Shown piece after piece: positions 26,174 to 40,700 of a DNA stretch of 64,000 nt (the stretch's first letter is position 1; the number at the start of each line of letters is the position of its first letter). The notes below the pieces were generated by a model. It ran no database searches. It saw nothing but the letters and a program-made list of their open reading frames with translations, and was not told where the DNA came from. The translations under genes and the position numbers were made by a program. The DNA comes from Owenia fusiformis (taxonomy: Eukaryota), in NCBI GenBank assembly GCA_903813345.2, contig CAIIXF020000001.1, positions 42,036,001 through 42,100,000 of the forward strand, read 5' to 3'.

Positions 26174-27714
26174 TTGCTAGCCGAGGAATCGATTGTGTTT
26201 AATTCTGGAGGTTGGTTGTTCTGTTGATTATTTAAGTATTTCGGCAATAATATACCCAAAAGTTATTCTCAAGATATATCCATGTTATGTGAGATATTAT
26301 ATGAGCAATAACAATAGGACATCATTGGTTGTCTAGGGGAGAAACCTATGGTATAATGCATCTTTAACGTCTTCTAAGATGTACATTGTTCTAAAGGGGA
26401 GTGTAAGAGTTTCAATGTTTGAATTACGGTACCATAGTTTTTAACTCAATCGTGGTACGTGATTTCATTACGTTCACAAGCAAACGATCGAAGTAGTTTG
26501 TATCGTCAGATGTTAATTCCGTCAATGATTGCGAAACAATTGTATTTACATTGAAATTGTTAATTCCTCTGACATGACAATGTTAACGAATTGCTATAAC
26601 CTTTGCACACAATCAATTACATAGGCTAGCTTAGTACTTAACCATCTTATGTTATAATTCATTGTCAAGACTGTGTCCTTGCATTGCATTATGTGGTCAG
26701 TAATCTCTATATGAATCGTATGATTTTTAACCCTCTCTTAGTATATCCTGGCTTTATATTTAGCATTGCCTTTTCTACGAATTCAATAGCATGTTCGATA
26801 GATTTTGACGTTAGCTAGCTATGTTCATGGGCTTCCAAGTCTACATTTTGTAGCGAGTGAAGATATCTTTTAAGTGATACAATATATTGGGAAACGCGGT
26901 GCGCACTATTTCTTCATACGTTCCATCACTTGCTGATTTTGAATTGTTTTGTTGTAGGTTTTTAAGTGTTCCCACGTTAATCCTAATCCTAATCGCCCCT
27001 GGGATTTAAAAAATGAAAGTGATTAAAAAGTGAAGGTACAATATGAGAGTAAATTCAAAATACTCTTCAAAGTTCAAATGAATCATGTCATAAAAGTAGG
27101 TCAGATAAGGTCAAAAGAAAATCAAACTGAGATATTTTGTAATGTGTTTCAAAAATATATGTATATGAGATCCTGATGATTGTTAAACAGTAAGCAATCA
27201 CGTAAGAACGGACTTGTCCATGTAGAATATATGATAAATGATAGATTTGTGGGTGTTTGATGTGGATTCATGATATGAGACCAACGTATGAGGACACATA
27301 CCAAGTTAACCGTGACTTGCTATACAAAGGTGTATATATGCAGGATGTCTCATAAAGAAACTGAGATTAAATTACTAATTTCTCAAAGATGAATAATGTT
27401 AAGGAAAATTCGCAGGTACCAGTTATCCCAAAACCAGCGACTTTGGACAATCAGCCAAGGGCAAAACTGAAGTCGTCTTTGTGTAACTGCATCAAGAAGT
27501 TGAAGTTGGGGATGCCTTTGAGGTTTGTATGGACTAATGCTAAGTCGCACAATTCTGTTAATGAAGCGCGTGGAATTGCTACACCATGTCTTCTGGTAGA
27601 GTTGTGGAGGTCCCTCTCAAGCTGGTCATGGACTATCCAGATGTTTTCATCAGGCTGTTCTTCTTTTTCCACAACGTCGCTTGTTGAGATTGAGACGTGT
27701 TCCTTTTCTCTGAT

Positions 27715-28772
27715 ACTGAACAAATATTTCACTCTATTTTCGGTGAATACCTGTACATCTTTCACAAGTGATATTCCACGAAGCCCGAAGGGCAAGTGGA
27801 ATATCACCTTGTGAAAGTGCTACAGGTATTCACCGAAAATAGAGTGAAATATTTGTTTTATTATATCACTGTCTAGCTAAACATCCCTAATATAATTGAG
27901 TCATTGAGTCTTCAGATATTTTTACGAATCTACTCGGTTCGTCTGCCATTTTGACTTACACTGAACTAAATTATTTACACTGAACGAAAACAAATTCTTT
28001 GAAAATTCCCGGGAGCGTGGGATATTGAACAAATATTTCACTCTATTGAGGTGAATACCTGTACATCTTTCACAAGTGATATTCCACGAAGCCCGAAGGG
28101 CAAGTGGAATATCAACTTGTGAAAGTGCTACAGGTATTCACCGAAAATAGAGTGAAATATTTGTTTTATTATATCACTGTCTAGCTAAACATCCCTAATA
28201 TTATTAAGTCATTAAGTCTTCAGATATTTTTACGAATCTACTCGGTTCGTCTGCAAGGAGGATTGGAAGCCAGGGTTCCAACTCGATATTCTTTAATCTC
28301 CATGCATGCGTCATTTGCTATTCGTGTCTGTGTAATTTGTACGACTGCATGGAGAATGACCCGATACTCTCCAACAAAGCTATCGCTAGGTGATTGTTTT
28401 GCAGAATATCGGTGTTGCATTCTGGGAGCCAATCCTCCTTGGTTCGTCTGCCATTTTGACTTACACTGAACTAAATTATTTACACTGAACGAAAACAAAT
28501 TTTTTGAACATTCCCGGGAGCGTGGGATATCGCTAGATATCTCACGGTTGTCTTATCTGATTAGCATTGCCATTGAATATCGCCAGATATCCCACGACAT
28601 GTGACCCGGTTTTGACCAATCATACTGTCGCTAGCTAGATAGTGATATAATAACGCTAGATATCTCACGGTTGTCTTATCTGATTAGCATTGCCATTGAA
28701 TATCGCCAGATATCCCACGACATGTGACCCGGTTTTGACCAATCATACTGTCGCTAGCTAGATAGTGATATA
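27715..28772 (-). mobile_element. Terminal-hairpin element, subfamily 4, with internal tandem duplications
   Basis: Hairpin 27719-27857 (loop gaagcccgaagggcaa) repeated from about 28028 (309 bp period); IR ttatatcactgtctagcta / tagctagatagtgatataa; 123 bp duplication 28531-28776; interrupts a transposase at an AT. Confidence 0.8.
28254..28441. mobile_element. 188 bp MITE with 9 bp TSD (Mutator-like)
   Basis: TIR caaggaggattgg / ccaatcctccttg; GTTCGTCTG at 28245-28253 and 28442-28450; empty site in the paralogous unit near 27937-27945. Confidence 0.9.
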
Positions 28773-31700
28773 ATAATTCTTGATATTCTTCCAGATTGTT
28801 GATTGAGCGTACTGCAAATTGATCAGCAACCTGCCGAGGGCTCCCACTTCTGAGCCACTCAGATAGAAATTTTCCCATTTTTATTAATATTTGAGAAATA
28901 ATTGCAATCAAATCCCGGTTCCCTTTTTTGAGACACCCAGTATTATCCCATTCAATGAAAGCATCTAGACAGGTAGCCTTACTAATCTGCTAATGTTTTG
29001 GTTTCTCGGTTGAATCCAATTCCAAGATAATCCAAGAATTACTTTAATCAATCGATGCCAAATGAAGTGGCGCATGCTAAGTGTCATCTCACGCAATTAA
29101 TGATATTTGATCAACTCCTCATTCCTCTCGAGATAACTCAAATCTAGGCTGAAACACGACATAGGATTTTTGCTAGCTTGACAGGATGAATAGGACTAGG
29201 AGATTGAGAAACTCTGGACTCAACTCAAGGTCAGACAATGCTGAGTTGGTTAATCTCTTTAATCAGCTGATATTCACTATTTGATTATCGGAAGTCGTGA
29301 AAGTCATCAGAAATTAGCCTGTTATGGCAACTATTCTCAGTGCCGTTGTCGGGCATTTTTATCCAAGGTGAATGCCAGTTCGCATATATGACATTTATAC
29401 GAGCTGTTTGGATCGTATATGCCAACAGAAGCTTACAATTGATACCAACGCATCGTTGACAGACACAGCGTTAGCTAACATAACTCACGTTTATAAATTC
29501 AGCAGGGACCGTCTAAAAAGTTTTGCATTAAGGCAGAATCGGATCTATACGGGAGTTACAAAATTGCAAGCAACGTGTACAATTGGCTACCAATGTATTC
29601 CTTACAATCTCAAATATTCTCTTTTACATACTGACACGTATTACAGTAACTATTATTTCACTTCATTTTGATGTATATGTACCATAATTACAGTACATAT
29701 ATAGTTCCAATAGTATACATTGTTTTTACATCATTTAGGTTCTTGATTAAATTGAATCAAGATTTTAGAGCCCAATATGTCGGTACTTCGTTTTCATTTG
29801 AAGTGATATAATTAGATTAAAAAAATCTCAAATATGATATCTCCCAAAAGATCCACGATATGTTATCAATTGGTAAAGTTGTTTAAGTTTCAAGGTAAAA
29901 TGGGGAAATGTTTAAATTCTCCTAAATAATAAATGTGGTAACCATGTTTACAGAAAAATGAATGCTTTATTGCAAAAAATATTTTTTCAAATTTTTAGAA
30001 TACACTTTGGGGATTCTTAGAAAATAGACATATAGAGAAATGAAATAAGTGCAAAATATTCTGTACTTACTTCACTTCAGTGGCATATCTTGCTACATGA
30101 AGATCTAATACTACCATTACATTCTACAAGTAATTGATGTCGTCAACTGCCTTATCTTATTTCATTCAGTAGTACGCGAATGTTTAACAAAAATCTGAAT
30201 TTGCATTTTTAAATTGCCGACATACCAGTACCACCCCTCTCCATTAAACGAGATACCATGTAGAATTTAATACGAAGTTTATGAGATTGCGCTGCAAACA
30301 AAGTGACAATCTGAGCAATAAGATCAGATTTACAACTTGATTATTGCGCATATGATATTTAACTTAGTTACATCGGTTGAAATATTGCTCTCGAGTTAAT
30401 GTTGTTTTTGTTGATGTTTTCTATAGCATTTTCCACAAATTATCGTTACGGCAGGAAAATAATATCATTTAAGCACGTACTTCAGATTTCAGACGCTATC
30501 ATTCAAGACGTCATATATGCGCCGGGTGGGTCTTATCGAAAAGGAAGTGACCGATTGTTTGAAATCAGCAAGAGTCGGTTTTAGATATGACCGACACGGA
30601 AACGTCGGAACTAGAAAGATACTGTGTTGTGGAACACTTATACCTGATTCGCATAAAACATCACAAATTGTCAATCTTATACTTTCCAGTGCAGCAATTC
30701 TGCAAGAGAATGCTTTGATATATAAAGATCGGTCCAACTTTTAGCCATGTTTAGGAGGTTACTCTTTCTTGAATTAGAACATAATCAAGAGGCAATATAA
30801 AATATTCATATGTATATTTATTATTTAGTGAAACAGAAAAAGGAAGCAGGCAGACTGCATACAATCTTTTATTTGGTTACAATCAATCATTTGTGTGAGC
30901 CATCGGAAAAAATACGTGGATGATGTTCCGAACGCAATTTTATGGGCAAGGGGCGCGCATGTTTTCAAAGCAGGTCAAATAACAACATTTGTGAACAACA
31001 TTTATGATAATTTGATGAATTCAAATTAGGAACATCATTTGTAAACTTAAGCATCGCTATCAATTTTGTGATTATTTTTTTTTCAGTTGGCTGTATCGCA
31101 TTGCATAATGATCAATTCTACTTTGAATGTTGACATGGGTTTATTTTCACTGTCATTTAGACTAGTTTACATTATGTCGGTAATCCTCGAAATTGCAATT
31201 GGGTATTGTGGTGTTCTAGATAGCCAAATATGTGGATTACTAAATAGTAAATACACGTAGTAAATCAAGCTAAAGCTTGCCAGTCGACGAAAACCCAACA
31301 TCATCACCCATTTGATGGTCAGAAGTAGTTACATGTAGCTATAATTGCAATTCTTCTTGGGCGCTGGGCGATGTGATGAATATCAGAAAGTAGTAGTAAT
31401 ATTTTTTTTAGGTTAAGGTGATCACTATGGCCGAAGATGTAAGGAGAAATGACTTTAATTTCATTAAGCCGTGGTGTTTTACTTAACACAACTGTATGGT
31501 ATTTCCGTCTTATGTGTCAATGTATTCAAAGAGTCTGGATGCTTACATCAAAACATTAGTCACCGGTATTCAACAACCGCCATTATTCACCCAACCGTTG
31601 TAATCCCAACATAATGCCGCTTTGTACTTGTGCATCAAATAGTACAATATAGTAGAAAGATTTGATTAGTTAAATGTCTCAGCTCGTGATTGCCTTGTCA

Positions 31701-34700
31701 ATGCAGATGAAGATCAACGTCTTACGACTGTATTCGCCGTCTAACTTGGGATCTAGGTTGCGCCGACTGCAGTTCATACTACCGATGCCAAAACAAATCA
31801 TGATATAAATTAATATAAGATAAGATGAGAAAATGAGAAAGGCTGAAACATGAACATTATAAGTAGGAATCTTGTTATTAACAATTCATTTCTTCGCTTT
31901 CAGTTTGAGTAACACCTTATTATTGCAGCTAATGAGATCCATTAAAACGTTAATAAAACGAACAACGAGAAATCAAGAACGTTAACGAACGTTTGAAATA
32001 TGAAACTATTTGTTAAATAACCATTCATTTCATATTTGAACGATGTATTCCGACTGGTGCTCATCACAAATTATGGTATCAGACAATCAAGCTAAGGACC
32101 TAATAATACATTATTGTGAGATATGTAATCGCACAAATATTTATCATGAACATTCATCAAGAAGGGAAGATTTGTTCATAATAAACATAATTAAGATTCT
32201 ATCTTCGTTATGCAATGTCCAGGAGCAAATTACTTCATTAATTGGTAAATAATAACCTATATGACCGGGCATACTTTCTTGTTATGCTTGCAACTACTTG
32301 AAATATCTTCCTTTCTACTCCTTCACGGAATGTGACTTAACTAAACAACTAAGTGAGGTTTCTTCATGGAGCCTTGCGTCGTGATCAGAGGTTCATGGTT
32401 CAATTAAGATGTAGAATCCCATCAAGTCCCGAAGGATGCAATTAGCGTTTAGCTAATATCAGGGATCTAGGGATGGGTTAGAATGTCAAAAACAGCACGA
32501 TGATTGTGCTAAAATTGGCTTCATCTCACATTTATTGGATTTGTCTAAAGGACAATGGACGTTAATGAAAATTCATCTTGACAGGTGGTAACCTGGTTAT
32601 CCTTGCTTCTGAATGAGCTGAAGTTACATGAGCTGAATATATTGGACCTAAAGAAGGTCATTAATCAAAAATGAATTGCTCCAAAGGGGAATTGTAACGT
32701 TGAATATGCAAACATTATCTCATTTAGATTCGGAAATATTACATTACTGTTTAGCGATAGGTATCCGTTCAAACGTACCAAGTCTTGTAGAGGGGTCGTG
32801 TTTTACAGGTGTATCGTAGATGTCCAAAATGACAGCATATTCCTATGCTAGGCCCCTGTTATTGTGATAAAGTTCTCCTGATCTTACGTTTGGGCTATTT
32901 ATTTAATTTCAGTTGTGCGTTCATTTTCAGTCAAACGTGATAAACTCAATTATTATTTCCCCTGTAGAGCGAAACTAAAAGATAAACCCGCATGTAAATT
33001 GGACCAAACATGGACCAGAGTATAAATGTTTTAAACACTCTATGACCATTGAGCTGCTGCTAGTTGTGTACAGAGACATATTCTCGGTTGTGTAGTATGG
33101 TCTCGTAAAGGATGCTATCATTAATTTGGGAAAATCTCATAACAATCAAGACGCATTCTCAAACTCCCAATGCAATAATATAGTATAGTAGCCTATAGGG
33201 AACTAGTAATAATTATGTATGTAAATCCCCACCGACACAATGTTGAAACACCTTTAAAAGTTTTGAAGGATCACAATGTTAATCAATCCAAATGTCAATT
33301 ATATCATATAGTTACATTAAAATGGTGTTATTAGTTGATCCAAATGGAATTACTTGTTAAAGCACATTATATTTGATCTAAAATAATGTGCCTCCCCACC
33401 AGTCCACTGATACACATCATTCGAATTCGCGATCGAATCCTGGTAAATAGAATTTATAAAATGTATCTCTATTACCATTCAGTTAGAAAAACCATCAATC
33501 ACTTATCATAATACATATCGCTCAATAAAATGAGAAAACTCTCCAAAAAGACACTAATGAAATATGCCTTATATAAACATCCCGATGATTGGCCGTGTGC
33601 TCATACAAATTACTATGAAGTGTAATGGAGATATGACAATGAGAGACATCGAAGAATATGCAAGAATTGAAAGGCGATACCCAGCTACAAATAATACGGT
33701 GATTAAACGGATATGATCGACGAGGTATGTGAAACAACGGTTGGGGTTAAACATTCGTGTTAATGAAAAGAGAATTGATTTCATTTATCTTGCAAAGGGC
33801 CCGATGATAGATAGATTGCGTATGAACCCCGTTGATCCTTCCGTCGAGATGTGTATGGTTGCAAGTAGCATGCCCATAGTTTACATAGTTACTTTGTTCG
33901 GGTGTTAATTGATCGAACAGCTATTCCGGCGACTGGATAAACATTTTGATCAAACGGGATTCATTCACTTGAGTAGCAAAACAATTGTTTGCGGTTGTTA
34001 AAACAGCGCCCATCTGTTTAGTTATCCATTCATGGTGATTTTTATTTTGAGTCGAAAGGCCATAATATGTCATTCATTTCTTGATAACTAAACTACTATC
34101 TTATACATTTCATCTGCATGGTAAGTTTTAAAATTTAAACCTTTTTTACGGTTTCTAAGAGATCTAGCTCTACACCTTCTGATTTTTGTTATCATAGCAA
34201 CTGATTTTCTCTATCGCTAACTAACAGTTGCCTTGACAATTCAGTAATATCATTTGATTTTCCTGAACTAGTATACTCAATAAAACAAATATTCAATGCT
34301 AAACACGATCATTCGATTGTATCTAAAAACGGTACATTAAGAATATTATTGGTGACGCGATTTTATATTGAAGAACAATAGGCATGAGTTCATAAATGTA
34401 TTCCTTTGTTATGGTCGCTTAAAAATATGTACATAGTTTCACTTTTTATCAAAAACATGTAAGTGAGCGATTTAGAAAATATACTTGTTTGATGCATGAT
34501 GTAGAATTAGTGTACGTTATCGGAAGCCTTTGAGACAAATCTGGTGGCATTATGTCTGGTTTAAAAAGTACCATCATTCTATCCAGAGGGGAAGTTTAAA
34601 CTGTATAGATAACGGCATTTACTTTTACAGGTTTCAAGCCATAGGTTCCGGAACAGACATCGAGAATGTGTCAAATTACCAATTTTCTCCAGTACAGTTT

Positions 34701-37700
34701 ATTCATGCTGATCGCCGTCATTTATGTGGCTAAACTTATACTATAGTAATAAACTAAACTACTTATCCTGGAATACTTTTCATTTTAACGACAACACAAT
34801 CATTAGCATTTGATAAAAATATTATCTTCGGTCGATGCCTGAAAATGATCGCCGAGGATTCCAATAGACCACTTTTCAAAAGCCTACTAGGCGCAGCCGC
34901 GCACCTCGTACTGTTTCAAGACTCAGGATACAAATGTTCAATTTGTGAAACCCTTGATATTTACAAATGATTAGAGGTCGAGCTAGTTTCATCAAGTCTA
35001 ACATTTGGCGGATAGTAAGTTTGTCATTGGACCATTGAATTATCGGTTCAGAGATTCCTTTTTCTTACATTATCAATGATTCAAAGGTATTGCGCTTCTA
35101 ATTAAGCAAACACCTGTAATCTTGTTTTGAGTCCTTCGTGATTTATAATCCAGGATCTTTGTAGGAACCTGCGCAAGCTCATTCAAAATACGAGTAAGTA
35201 CAAGAAGTATGTCCCTATTGAACAAAAGAGTACGACAGCGCTTGCATGATTAAAGGGATTGGTCTTCGTCTGAGGTTAATTGCTTCCCTGTCGGTTTCAG
35301 GTAAAAGGCTAATATAAGTTGCTATAGATTACTTATTACAGCAATCGGCCTGCCTTAAACCAAAAATTAATATTTAAAGGGTGAATAATTCTAGATGAAT
35401 CTTCATTTCATAAAATCCAAAATCTCCCATTTCAAGTAGGGCCGTGTGGATATAAAGTTGTGGAAGAGAACCTGTAACCAGGAACAATCGTATCATTTTG
35501 CACAATTATTATGCATTGTACTTTATTACTTGAACGTTATTGCGGGAAATCACTTGCGTATCCAGCGTTTCCGACTGTTAGTTCAGAGGATCATTCAAAG
35601 GAAATCGAGCCATCTACAAACTCAATCATAACTTCCTCTAAGGCTTTGTGTATACCCCCATGTACGTACTGCACGGTCATTAAAGGTAAATGAGAACTTA
35701 CAGTGCAAGCTCAAAGAGTCAAGGGACGCTTATACAAAGCATTGTTCCCAGCTCAGCAAACGAGTGCTTCGAAGTCCGCTCCTAAATGAAAAACAAATAT
35801 CGCACTTTGTCCCAATGTTCCAATACACCATTTGAAAGGTGGGAATAATAGCTTTACAAATCTGACTTGCTTAACTGAGGGTGCAACGTTGCCTGGAGGT
35901 TGATTGAGTAAATGACAATTTATTTCTAAACATTATTTTTGAAGAAAACAAAAAAGCATATACTTTTATATCTTTTAAAAATTATTTAAGTACAATTCTC
36001 ATCGACCAAATAGCTTTATAACATTCCAATACTAGTTATATGGTAATCTGATTCAAATGAATTTATTAATCATGTTAGAAAGACACAATTATGATTGGGA
36101 CAATTCAATGTTTTTCCAAAAGCTTTGATATCATGATAAATCACCGACCAATACAAAATATTTGAGCGGATGAACAGTGTGATATTTTATGAAAAGATTT
36201 CAGATAAGACAGGTTGATTTTTCAAATATGACCATTCACTGTTCAAATTGGGAGGTGCTAGCATTTCAGGGCTTTTTTAACATAGGAGTCAATGGGATGA
36301 AAAAACGGGACCAAAAGGTGTTCAGATTTGGGAGGAGAATTTCTATGTTCATTATTTTAATGAAAGATGGAAAATGTATCTAAATGTTGTTCATCATAAG
36401 TTTGGTAATACCTCCTTGAGTACTATGTAAAACCTGTCTTAGTGAACATCACTCTCTCGTGAACACTTGCCTCTAGTAGACGCCTTCCTCCGCACATACT
36501 CTACTGACCACTTGCCCCATTAAACATTATTTTCTACACTGAAGCGAAGGAAATTCAAGCATATTCAAGAAACTTATTTTGAGTGGGTGGGATATTTGGG
36601 GTCACCCTTTTTGATCACAGCCTAATTGAACTGAAGTGTATTAATGTTTACAGACTTACCTATTAGCACTACAATAGAATGTAATTGCGCTTGTGAAATG
36701 TATGGACATTTAGTGACGATAAATGCGTAGGACAATTAAAGGTTGTGACGGTTGATACTCCACCATCGGATTATCACTGATCCAGTCAGACATATTTCAA
36801 ACTTAATCAGATCACTTTGCGTTGCAAGACAGAAAGATAGGTATGAAGTTATGAGCACTACAATTTTATGCAATTTTTCTAACGTTCTGAAAAACGTGAC
36901 TGTCAGAGAGGCATGACACACCTATCAAAATACATCAAGCTAGGGGGAGAATACGACTGTAATTACAGCGTACTGGATACAATTTACTGGTATATTGAAG
37001 GTATATATCGTGATTACATCGCATCAAGTTAACCTTAGCACCTCAATATTCAATAAATACTCGACCTACAGATACGGCTGTCCTGTGCAGTCTTTCAAGT
37101 ATTACATTAATAAGACTGCGAGTCAATATTGTGGCTAAATACGCATCCATTTGGAAAAGGAACATGAACGCAAGAGAAAATCGAAACGGGTCATCGCGGA
37201 ACACTTTATCATCACTTTGAACAATTCACGTTTTTGAAAAACTATCGCTTAGGTCAATCGAACGGGCCACTGGTTAGATTCTACCTCTCACTCCTAAGAA
37301 GTCTTGGCTAAAACGTTTTAGAGTTTTAGTTTTTAGTTTAAAATAGTTTATTTTTGTGTCACTGATATTACAATATACATATAAAATACATAATAAAAAC
37401 AACATTTTGTAACATCACCAGCCGGTGCCGACTTATGAGACACAGTATACATTAGATATGAGTGTCACCCATTACTACCCCCAATGGGCAGCTTGGGTCA
37501 GAGTTAAGAGAGAGTTAAGAGCTCTTAGTAAATCCACATTTTACAAAACCTCTTAGTCAGACCAGTCAGGGATCTTTGGAACTAACCCATAACGTAACAC
37601 AACGTCTTGGTGGAATGTAAAATGACAACTACTGAAGTCTAAACCCATGGGTTATAGCTTAAAGAGATCATAGATGGGGTTTCAATGCATTGCGCTGAAC

Positions 37701-40700
37701 GAAAAACATTAAAAAGAGACGTAGCCTATAGGCGGTACTCAACAGATGTCACTCTTGAAAAGGTAGAAGAGAAAAGATCGGGGTGATATGGTTGATTGAA
37801 ATCCAGTTCCATTACAATCACGACCAGTGAAAATCTACCTACTACATTTTATTTTAAGTTTGCTCGATTTTCACTATTTTCTTAGAATTTTACCGATCGG
37901 TCTACAGAGTGCTTTGATGTGGTCGTTACTTTTTGGGCAAGCATACCGAGATTGAATCGAAATATTTTATTCACGTCCATGGCAAACTTTGTAGTACGTT
38001 GGGAAATACAATTAGATTGTATAAGGAAGCTTAAATCTGTTTATTAATGATACTCCGGTCCCTCAGAGATAACTAGAGATGCAGAGCTTGCATTTGTATT
38101 TTCCCAATACGGTAGTAATCCGGAGATTTAAACGTGGTATATTTAATCAGCGTTACCTAAGTCAGTTCAACAGGCAGCAATGTGGTTTACCAGTAAATAG
38201 GCTCCGGAAGAAAAGGATGTTAGATTCTCGTGAGATGTTTACAGATGGTTGAGCTGAATTCTACAACATACAATTGGCTACCGTCAGAAATACTTCAGAA
38301 GCCTTATAATTGATAATTACATTAATATTCATGTTGTACTGAATGCGAGAGGATCAATTTATTTATTTTCAACGTCTAGAATTCCAATACGTTTAAGATC
38401 CGTGAAGAGGCTGCTGTTTGATTAACAACGGGTGATGTAACCATGTTTCTTTAATTTCATTGGACACCGCGCAGTTGCTGATTGATCCGTGAGCGTTTGT
38501 TGCATTGGATGCTGCCTGGCTGCGGAGAAAGTCTAATAAGCGATATGAATACAGCTCTCAGATCATTTTAGATCAACAGTCGGAGCTTGAACAGACGGTT
38601 TTTATATCGCAGCCACTCAGCTTGGATTTGCATTGGTTGCGATTGATATTACATCTAACATTGTCACATCTAAGTTTCATTGCCTATAAATACAACTAAA
38701 AAGTGTGATTGAAGGGTGAAACATTACAGATATAGGATCTCGGTTTGATTTGCATATCTATTGAGTTGTCAATAAAAGCTTCTACGCTTGGCTTAAGAAA
38801 ACATCGCACGGCAAACAGGAATAAATCGGGCGCGAAACGCAGCTTGATAAAGTTACCAAACAAAATCTTGGTGGTGAAAAGCATGACGATGATACTCACG
38901 GGAAAAATGGTAAGTCAATCAGCTGGAACATCCTATCAATTGATTTGTATTTATTATTTTCGTTGAAATCATACTGAGCTAAGAATAGCTGATTTCGTGT
39001 TCTAATCTACACTATTAATCATACTATCATCCAACAGGGAAATATGTGGGAAATAAACTTTTTATTAGTTTCATGACGGACTCATTAGGACGAGTTTAGC
39101 AACATGATTAAAGGCAAAATAAAACTTGCCTAAGAAGTGAGAACATGTGTAAGCGTTTACCTAGCTCGTTAGCTCAATTTGAATAGCTTATAGTACGAAA
39201 TGGGATATATTGATATTCTAGTGGAATTCAAGATTGGACGTGAAATGTTAGCTCAGCAATTGCAAGATTTCTAGAGTTACACACAGGTATATGTCAAAAT
39301 ATCGAAAAACAGTTATTTGTCCCAAGGTTATCACTGATTCTTTAGTATGTAGATAAAACCATTGTTCGATGACACAAAGAATATAACAAAAGGTACAATT
39401 GTAAAAACTGACTCCGATACTCGAGGAATTGTTATGAATTGTTGCCTTAAACGTAAGTATTGACAAAATAATCCTCGAATGTATAAGATATATCATGATT
39501 GAATTAGAGTTATAGCTTCAATTGATGGAACTTGTGTCCTTTGTGTAAGCAATATATATTTAACGTGGCTTACTCTACTGAGCCTATTGTACAATTAAAT
39601 TTACACAAGCCTTTCAAATTATCTATTTTTTTCAATTTTGTCACGGTAGTCAGGATGGATTCTCAAAATGTAGTGCTATAGTGATATTGAATAGTTAATT
39701 GAGAGAATATGGTCAGGTCTAGATACCCGATCTCTGGACTCGAGTGTATAAATTAGTACGTCTTTAGCTAGCTTTTTAAAAATGCATTATAAAAATAGAA
39801 AACAGTAAAAGAACAATAGATAGTTTAGATGCCTTTCTACAGATAGTTTCATGTGACTTTTTACAAATGTATAATGTAGATATAGGAGACTTTTTCGGAA
39901 TGCATCAACATTGCATATGTAAAACTAGGACACAGTGTGGAAGATAAGTCTAACAGGCTTTTTAAAACTTGATACAGTATTTTGTATGGAGGTTTCAAGA
40001 ATGAGCTAAAGTATGTAAAAAGAGATGGCAGTATTATTAAAAGTGATATCAGGTATCGGAGAAACTGCAGGCTTGTTGAACGTTGAATCATGGATTACGG
40101 CATACTCGCTGATGGGTTGTGAAACTTCAAGAAGGCATATGGGGCCAACAACCGATCTAGGGTGACCTAACCTAGCCCCACTTTAAATTATTTCGATTTG
40201 AGCTTGGAAAATATTTGACATGAATTGAACAAAATATCAGTACATTTCAGACCTTTATTCTTATACATGAACATTGTAGGGACATAGAAGCGAGCCTTTC
40301 AGGTCTCCAACGATGCTTTGAATTCGAATATTTTCTCTTTGATATGCTTTCCGATGACATCTTCCAGTTTCCAAATTTATGGAGGAAGTGTACATTTTCG
40401 GCAAGTTACTTTTCCAATGTTAATACTAACAAAAATGCATTCCTAATGTTGTATTTTTAATTGTTTCCATGGCAGACAGCTATAAACTACAATTTCTAAT
40501 TATAAACCCGCTTCGTGTATCAAATGTCTGAGTATATGATTTAAATATGAATATAAGGAGTTGTTAAAAATAGTTCGAAAAGTCAAAATTGTTTTTATGA
40601 TGATTACGATTGACATTTCATCGAATTAGCAACAGCCCACACATTCCCTTTGTTTACATAGGATTTAAAAAACATGTACATTATCATCAATTTCCGTCTA

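Larger units (their letters stand above)
27400..28878 (-). pseudogene. N-terminal HTH region of a Tc3-like (DUF4817-type) transposase, frameshifted and split by an insertion
   Basis: Removing 27715-28772 and allowing frameshifts gives ..STIWKNIKNYQRKGTRLNLNKRRCGKRRTA/DENIWIVHDQLERDLHNSTRRHGVAIPRAS/NRIVRLSISPYKPQRH..RRLQFCPWL, with GRRR-like linker, PYK and RLxFC motifs. Confidence 0.75.
27341..28940 (-). mobile_element. Decayed Tc1/mariner-superfamily element
   Basis: Right TIR ...ttttttgagacacccag|ta; degenerate left TIR caggatgtctcataaag; transposase remnant inside. Confidence 0.65.

Noticed and set aside
27389..27814. 141 aa plus-strand ORF
   Set aside because: Antisense shadow of the decayed transposase plus hairpin sequence.
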